Shown piece after piece: positions 35,796 through 40,346 of a DNA stretch of 40,346 nucleotides. The position numbers and the translations under genes are program-made. The notes under the pieces were generated by a model. That model saw only the letters and a program-made list of their open reading frames with translations. It was not told the origin of the DNA and made no database searches. Each line of letters begins with the position of its first letter. Position 1 is the first letter of the stretch. Source of the stretch: a virus (Duplodnaviria; Caudoviricetes); IMG/VR virus record IMGVR_UViG_3300020045_004664, positions 1-40,346 of that record; one strand, 5' to 3'.

Positions 35796-36881
35796 CTAGT
35801 TCGTAAATGCTGATTCGTAACGGATTATTCTAACATAACCTACTTGGTCTTCGAAACGAGTAGCTCCCAATGTAACTTTACCAGCTATTGACTTGTAAAG
35901 ATTTAATGGGTTACCTGAATCGGCAGTAGTTGTAAGAATAGCCTGTGGTTGCTGGAAGTATCCCCAACCAAATGACCTATCGCCCAAAAGGGTTGTAGGT
36001 AATACAGGCACTGTAGAAGCATAGTAGTTCTGATAAGGATATTCCAAGAAGCGAACTCCACGGAATGAACCCATCGTACCTTTCTTAACATCTTCTACTG
36101 ATGTGTAGCGAGCCATATCAGTCCAAGAACCAGTTGCTGTGTTAGTCATCAAATCACCCATTGTGTTAGGGTGTAAGACAGCTACATAGAAACTACCATC
36201 GAAAGGTTGCAACCCAGCAGCATTTGAAGCTCTAAGTTGTGTTGTACCTCTAACGATGTCTTGCTGAACAGCAGTATCACCTGCTGCCAAGCCTGTTCTT
36301 GAAGTTTTACCTCCTGCGTATATAACACCGTTTGTTCCAGCGTTAACAACAGTTTGTAGAACTGTATCGACAAGTCTTGCTAAAGCGTTTCTAACTTGCA
36401 TAGAAGCCTCATCTATCGTTTCGATAGCTGAGTTTCTAACCAACAGGTCAGTGATTTGCACCAAGATACCATACTGAGCAGGCCCAGATGAGTATGAGGT
36501 AGCACCCCATGTGATTGATGATGGATTTGAACCTTCTGTGATAGCGGCCACACCTTCTGTACTTGATACAGGAAAGCCTGGTGCTGTTGCGGCTGCTCCA
36601 CCTTGGATAGATGCACCTGCTCCCCAAACTGAACCTCCTCCTGCAAATCCTCCTGGACCACCAACGGTAATCATAGAAGTATTTATTTTAACAGGTAATT
36701 GGTTTGATTGAGGGAATAAGATACGGTCATATCCCTGTGGAACATCACGCCTTAGGCCTAGTTGAGCGTACTTGAGTTCTGGCTCTAGTACATTCAATTT
36801 GCCATTTATATAGGAAACTAGGAGAGCTGAAGTGTTTGTACTTGCTCCACCCCATCCTGTTCCTCGTGCTGTTACTGCCAT
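35796..36881 (-). CDS. major capsid protein, N4-gp56-like
   Basis: ITEGSNP, QYGILVQITD, YVAVLHP...DL and GTMGSFRGVRFLE motifs; downstream of the scaffold gene. Confidence 0.85.
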   Translation of the reverse strand: MAVTARGTGWGGASTNTSALLVSYINGKLNVLEPELKYAQLGLRRDVPQGYDRILFPQSNQLPVKINTSMITVGGPGGFAGGGSVWGAGASIQGGAAATAPGFPVSSTEGVAAITEGSNPSSITWGATSYSSGPAQYGILVQITDLLVRNSAIETIDEASMQVRNALARLVDTVLQTVVNAGTNGVIYAGGKTSRTGLAAGDTAVQQDIVRGTTQLRASNAAGLQPFDGSFYVAVLHPNTMGDLMTNTATGSWTDMARYTSVEDVKKGTMGSFRGVRFLEYPYQNYYASTVPVLPTTLLGDRSFGWGYFQQPQAILTTTADSGNPLNLYKSIAGKVTLGATRFEDQVGYVRIIRYESAFTN

Positions 36882-36897
36882 AATAATTTTGTGCCCT

Positions 36898-37371
36898 CTA
36901 TAAATGTAATTCTCCTTTAAGTTCCAATTCTCTCAATGAAGTTCTAAGTTCATCTTGAGTCATTTCATTTGGTGATTTTGTGTCGCTTCCAGTCATTGCT
37001 GTTGCGGCTGAACCTCCTCCTGCTCTAGCTACTTCTACTTTAGGTTGGTTCGGTGTTAGCTTCCCCTCCTTGTTTAGAATAGCTACAGTCGCATCTTCCA
37101 CATCATATCCTGATTTCACTTTTTCCCAGATTTTATCTTGGTACTCATTAGCTCCTTGATACTTTGCAGAGACTTGATTGAAACCTTTGAAGAAATCTCG
37201 CTCTTTCTCGGCTGATGCTCTGGCTGTGGCCTCTTCTTCTCTTGCCTTAGTTGCAGCATCCCGTTCTTCAGAACTTAATTTTACTTTATCAGAGAGCGAT
37301 TTAATTCTTTTTTCGACTCTATTAATATTATCTTGCTCTTCGTCTAACTCTAAATCCAATTCTTCTGCCAT
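36898..37371 (-). CDS. putative capsid scaffolding protein
   Basis: Acidic coiled coil ending in EMTQDELR; immediately upstream of the capsid gene. Confidence 0.65.
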   Translation of the reverse strand: MAEELDLELDEEQDNINRVEKRIKSLSDKVKLSSEERDAATKAREEEATARASAEKERDFFKGFNQVSAKYQGANEYQDKIWEKVKSGYDVEDATVAILNKEGKLTPNQPKVEVARAGGGSAATAMTGSDTKSPNEMTQDELRTSLRELELKGELHL

Positions 37372-37456
37372 TTGTTTACATAAGTTAAGAGGCGAACCTT
37401 AACCTAGAATTAGTCTTTTAATACAGCGTCTACAAGGGACTAGCTTGAGATGCGAT

Positions 37457-37828
37457 TTACCTTGAAACATCGAAACGGTTTTCGTGTTTGTTAGTACAAG
37501 TATACGAGTCACATACGACAACGAGTTTTGGTCTTCCATACTCATCTTTGTCATAAGGGTGGTCGTGAACTTTCATTACTGAGTATCTAACGACTTCTTG
37601 AGGGTCTTTAGTTGCATCACAGTAAGAACATTCAATCTCACCCATCCCTCGATAATGAGGACAAAGTTTATATTGATAAGTTGCAGGCATATTTTTATCT
37701 AATGTCCCACAAAAATCACATTGTCCTCCCTTTATCAAGGGATACATTCTCGTATAAGGTACTGTCTTTCCTCCCTGTCTTTCTGATTGTCGTGGTGGCT
37801 GAGCATTACCCACAGTGGTTGGATTCAT
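37457..37828 (-). CDS. Cys-rich zinc-binding protein
   Basis: CDFC, CPH, CSYC and CDSYTC..KH motifs. Confidence 0.65.
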   Translation of the reverse strand: MNPTTVGNAQPPRQSERQGGKTVPYTRMYPLIKGGQCDFCGTLDKNMPATYQYKLCPHYRGMGEIECSYCDATKDPQEVVRYSVMKVHDHPYDKDEYGRPKLVVVCDSYTCTNKHENRFDVSR

Positions 37829-38145
37829 GATAGTTTTTTCCTTATTGCTTGTAATTCATCCCGATATTTTAGGATGAGTTTCTCTAGGTCGAACTTTTCT
37901 CCCCAGCGAATTTCTCCTTGTAATCGGAATATCTCTGTTGTGTCCTTCTCTAATGCGAGTCGACGCTTCGCTTTATCTAAGTCCACTTCAAATATAAATT
38001 GTTTAAGAACTTTCCAATAACTTGAACCTGCAATACTCTGTAACGCTTCTACTGTTTCAGTAAGTCGTTCTACTTTTTCTCTTAAGATAGGTGAAGTATC
38101 ATCTATCTCTTTAACTTCTTCTAAAATAATATTAGCGTTATTCAT
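37825..38145 (-). CDS. hypothetical helical protein
   Basis: EIFRLQG motif; ATGA/TAATG coupling with its neighbours. Confidence 0.65.
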   Translation of the reverse strand: MNNANIILEEVKEIDDTSPILREKVERLTETVEALQSIAGSSYWKVLKQFIFEVDLDKAKRRLALEKDTTEIFRLQGEIRWGEKFDLEKLILKYRDELQAIRKKLS

Positions 38146-38669
38146 TATGCAGTTGCTGATTGACTATTAACTTTAACTTGTACTTGTAAACCTGCATTCA
38201 ATGCGACTGTTCCTGCATAAGAGATTTGAATACGATTCAAAGGCCCCATGATAGGTAAACCAGACATTGTTTGTGGGCCAAGACTTCTCATTGATGCGTT
38301 TCCTGTAACTGACAAGATACTTCCACCAGGGCCTCCTCCAAGGACTGACACCTGTGAACCTAATGTTGTTCTAACTCCAAGTCCATTAACATTGGCATTC
38401 ATAAATAATGCGTTAGCATTAGTGATTGCTGTTTGTGTAACATCTGGTAGTCGAGCAATATCGTACCAAGTTGTGCCTCCATCATCAGTTGTTTGTAAGT
38501 AAATAGCTGCTAATGGGCTAGTTCCATTGATTGAAGTAACTGGCACTTTGACTATGATATTGTCGGCATCCTGTGGGACAAAGAAAGTTTGGCTAACTAC
38601 TGATGTAGCTCCTGTATTTCCTGAGTCATTATAGTCTAGAACGGTAAGTAACGGTTTTCTTATTGACAT
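38145..38669 (-). CDS. putative virion decoration protein (beta-sandwich)
   Basis: YLQTTDDGGTTWYDI motif; S/T/G-rich. Confidence 0.55.
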   Translation of the reverse strand: MSIRKPLLTVLDYNDSGNTGATSVVSQTFFVPQDADNIIVKVPVTSINGTSPLAAIYLQTTDDGGTTWYDIARLPDVTQTAITNANALFMNANVNGLGVRTTLGSQVSVLGGGPGGSILSVTGNASMRSLGPQTMSGLPIMGPLNRIQISYAGTVALNAGLQVQVKVNSQSATA

Positions 38670-38707
38670 ATGTTTTTTATATTATTCTTATAATTGCTCG
38701 ACCTTTA

Positions 38708-38857
38708 TTAAAACCCTGATTTTTTTGCTGCTTTATCAACCTTGTGCAGCTTCTTTGGTAATTTGCTTATTTTGCCTGTTTCTTTCAACCATTCTCGTGC
38801 CATACCTGGATGTTGTGCGAACATATATTTTGCTTGTGCTTGTGATTTGAATGGCAT
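38708..38857 (-). CDS. small basic phage protein (49 aa, MPFKSQAQAKYMFAQHP...)
   Basis: Hand-translated; recognisable MPFKSxAQ small head-module protein pattern. Confidence 0.7.
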   Translation of the reverse strand: MPFKSQAQAKYMFAQHPGMAREWLKETGKISKLPKKLHKVDKAAKKSGF

Positions 38858-38859
38858 GT

Positions 38860-39264
38860 TTAATATTGTGTTAACATCACGCTACCTACTCCGAATGACT
38901 TTACAGCGATTCGGTTAAATAGACCGTATTGCTTATTAAGACCGACTACACTTGTTTGTGCTACGAATGCTTCTATTGGAATAGCGAATCTTCGATAATA
39001 ATTTAAAGGAACTATGTTATCAAAGTTAGCTGTTGCTGGAGCTGTAAGGACGCTCGCTCCTGTATCTGTCGTTGCTATCCATTTAATGGCTGCTGGAGCC
39101 GCCCCTGCATAGACTTCAATGGTACTGCAATTATCATTTAAGGTAATAACAGATGAGTTGGTTGAGTTATCACTTGTAAGATTCGCAAGTGCCTTAAAAG
39201 GAGCTGCAAATTCTTGCATTGATTCACTTGAGCCATCTCTTGGTAATTGTTTATATGGAATCAT
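38860..39264 (-). CDS. putative virion protein (beta-rich)
   Basis: 134 aa, S/T/A-rich, in the head module. Confidence 0.6.
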   Translation of the reverse strand: MIPYKQLPRDGSSESMQEFAAPFKALANLTSDNSTNSSVITLNDNCSTIEVYAGAAPAAIKWIATTDTGASVLTAPATANFDNIVPLNYYRRFAIPIEAFVAQTSVVGLNKQYGLFNRIAVKSFGVGSVMLTQY

Positions 39265-39451
39265 TGTTGTTATCTATAATCTCATTAATCTTCTCGACCA
39301 ACTTGTTAAAATCCTCACTTCCTGATAGACCTGTCAATCTGTTTATTCTTTTACATTTACAATCTGTACACTTGTCACTACTTGTTACTTCACTACTAAT
39401 TGTTGGAATGACTTCACTTGCTGTTACTTTACTTGTTGTTTTCTTTTTCAT
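39251..39451 (-). CDS. hypothetical protein
   Basis: ATGA overlap with the portal stop; LVEKINEII motif. Confidence 0.55.
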   Translation of the reverse strand: MKKKTTSKVTASEVIPTISSEVTSSDKCTDCKCKRINRLTGLSGSEDFNKLVEKINEIIDNNNDSI

Positions 39452-40346
39452 TTATTTTTTAATTCTGTTGCTAATGGACTTGCCTGTGATAGCGGACTCG
39501 ACTTCTCCGCCCCTATTTGACCTTTACCTCCCAATGCTGTTGGAGGAGCCGTGCCTTGTTGCATAGCCATTTGTTGAGCTTGCATCACTTGGGCTTTTTG
39601 TTTGGCTAATAAATCCTCATGCCAAGCAATGTGATACCATGTAGCCCAAGTCTTTGGTTGTACTTGATGGTGGACGTATATATGCGTTGTATGATTATCA
39701 GTCTCTGCTACATCTGGCATATCATTCTTAGCAAGTTGCTCATTCTCTGAGTCAGCTTTCATTTCATCTATTGTCTTAGGAAGCATTACATCTATAAGTG
39801 ATGGGTCATTCAAGAACTTGGGAAAGAATACATGTTTATTGAAGTTTCTCATTCCATCTTGGTCTAGTGTTTGCATAAGAGCTGGATATAATTGCATTAA
39901 ATCTCTACGCAAAACCAACTCTTTGTATTCTGCTTCTTTAGCTGAATAGACTAGAATACCAGGTGGAAAATCTGTGTCAAACACATCTAACTTGACTTCA
40001 GTTGTACTAACGCCCTTTACTCCTACAATATTAGCCATCTTAGTTCCAAGAGCTTCTGCGTATAATGCGTATCTATGAAACCAATGAGACCAAAACTCTG
40101 CTTCTCCAAATTGTAGAACCTTAGAGATAAGAGACTGACTCATATCGTTCAATTGCTGGTCTATTGCTGCCTGAGTTGCTGTTTGTTTACTTGAACCACC
40201 TGTTGGTTGCATTGGTCTACCTGCACCCATTGGGTCTTCAGCTTCACTCTCTAATACCTGGATGAAGTTGATAAGTTCAGGTGACATCGTTTGTGCCTTA
40301 TTAAGTGGCATAACAGCATCGTTAACATCTGATACTGGAATATGTT
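39448..40346 (-). CDS. portal protein, C-terminal part (truncated by the window edge)
   Basis: The frame is open to the window end. QTATQA motif, ENE.L...DNH..HI.VH...HI..H and Q-rich tail typical of P22-like portals; upstream of the head genes. Confidence 0.7.
   Translation of the reverse strand, partial: HIPVSDVNDAVMPLNKAQTMSPELINFIQVLESEAEDPMGAGRPMQPTGGSSKQTATQAAIDQQLNDMSQSLISKVLQFGEAEFWSHWFHRYALYAEALGTKMANIVGVKGVSTTEVKLDVFDTDFPPGILVYSAKEAEYKELVLRRDLMQLYPALMQTLDQDGMRNFNKHVFFPKFLNDPSLIDVMLPKTIDEMKADSENEQLAKNDMPDVAETDNHTTHIYVHHQVQPKTWATWYHIAWHEDLLAKQKAQVMQAQQMAMQQGTAPPTALGGKGQIGAEKSSPLSQASPLATELKNK

Noticed and set aside
333-39566. The many plus-strand ORFs in the track (e.g. 1353-2009, 7865-8365, 25921-26274)
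   Set aside because: They are antisense shadows of well-supported minus-strand genes and show no recognisable motifs.
1-40346. Genome-wide stop-codon recoding
   Set aside because: TAA, TAG and TGA all end genes at tight junctions (ATGA and TAATG overlaps), and coding density is already high in code 11. Only one in-frame stop was found.

Overview
AT-rich tailed-phage (Caudoviricetes) DNA, probably most of a ~45 kb podovirus-like genome, with essentially every real gene on the minus strand in standard genetic code 11. In transcription order (right to left) it holds: portal C-terminus, head genes (scaffold, N4-gp56-like major capsid), adaptor/tail/ejection proteins, a 942-aa tail fibre, a lysis cassette, a complete IS1595-family element (21105-22845) carrying a DNA adenine methyltransferase, a structured non-coding block, and a run of mini-genes with repeated junctions (NinG-like, wHTH, OB-fold-like). 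It then holds a ~12.7 kb, 17-gene glycan/nucleotide-sugar operon (heptose, 3,6-dideoxyhexose-type enzymes, two GT11, one ABO-type GT6, GT17, two GT2, with an HNH gene inserted), followed by a divergent GroES/GroEL pair. I saw no polymerase, helicase, integrase, tRNA, CRISPR or reverse transcriptase. Highlights: (1) a phage-encoded blood-group-like (H plus A-type) glycosylation system, with a recurrent Ser-Val/Ile motif in virion proteins; (2) an IS carrying a methylase, inserted at a perfect DnaA box, with inward promoters in both ends; (3) a GroEL with a broken ATP-binding motif; (4) an in-frame TAA in the endolysin and an A10 frameshift in ninG; (5) gene cassettes bounded by direct or inverted repeats. 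All family calls come from motif recognition by eye, not from database searches.
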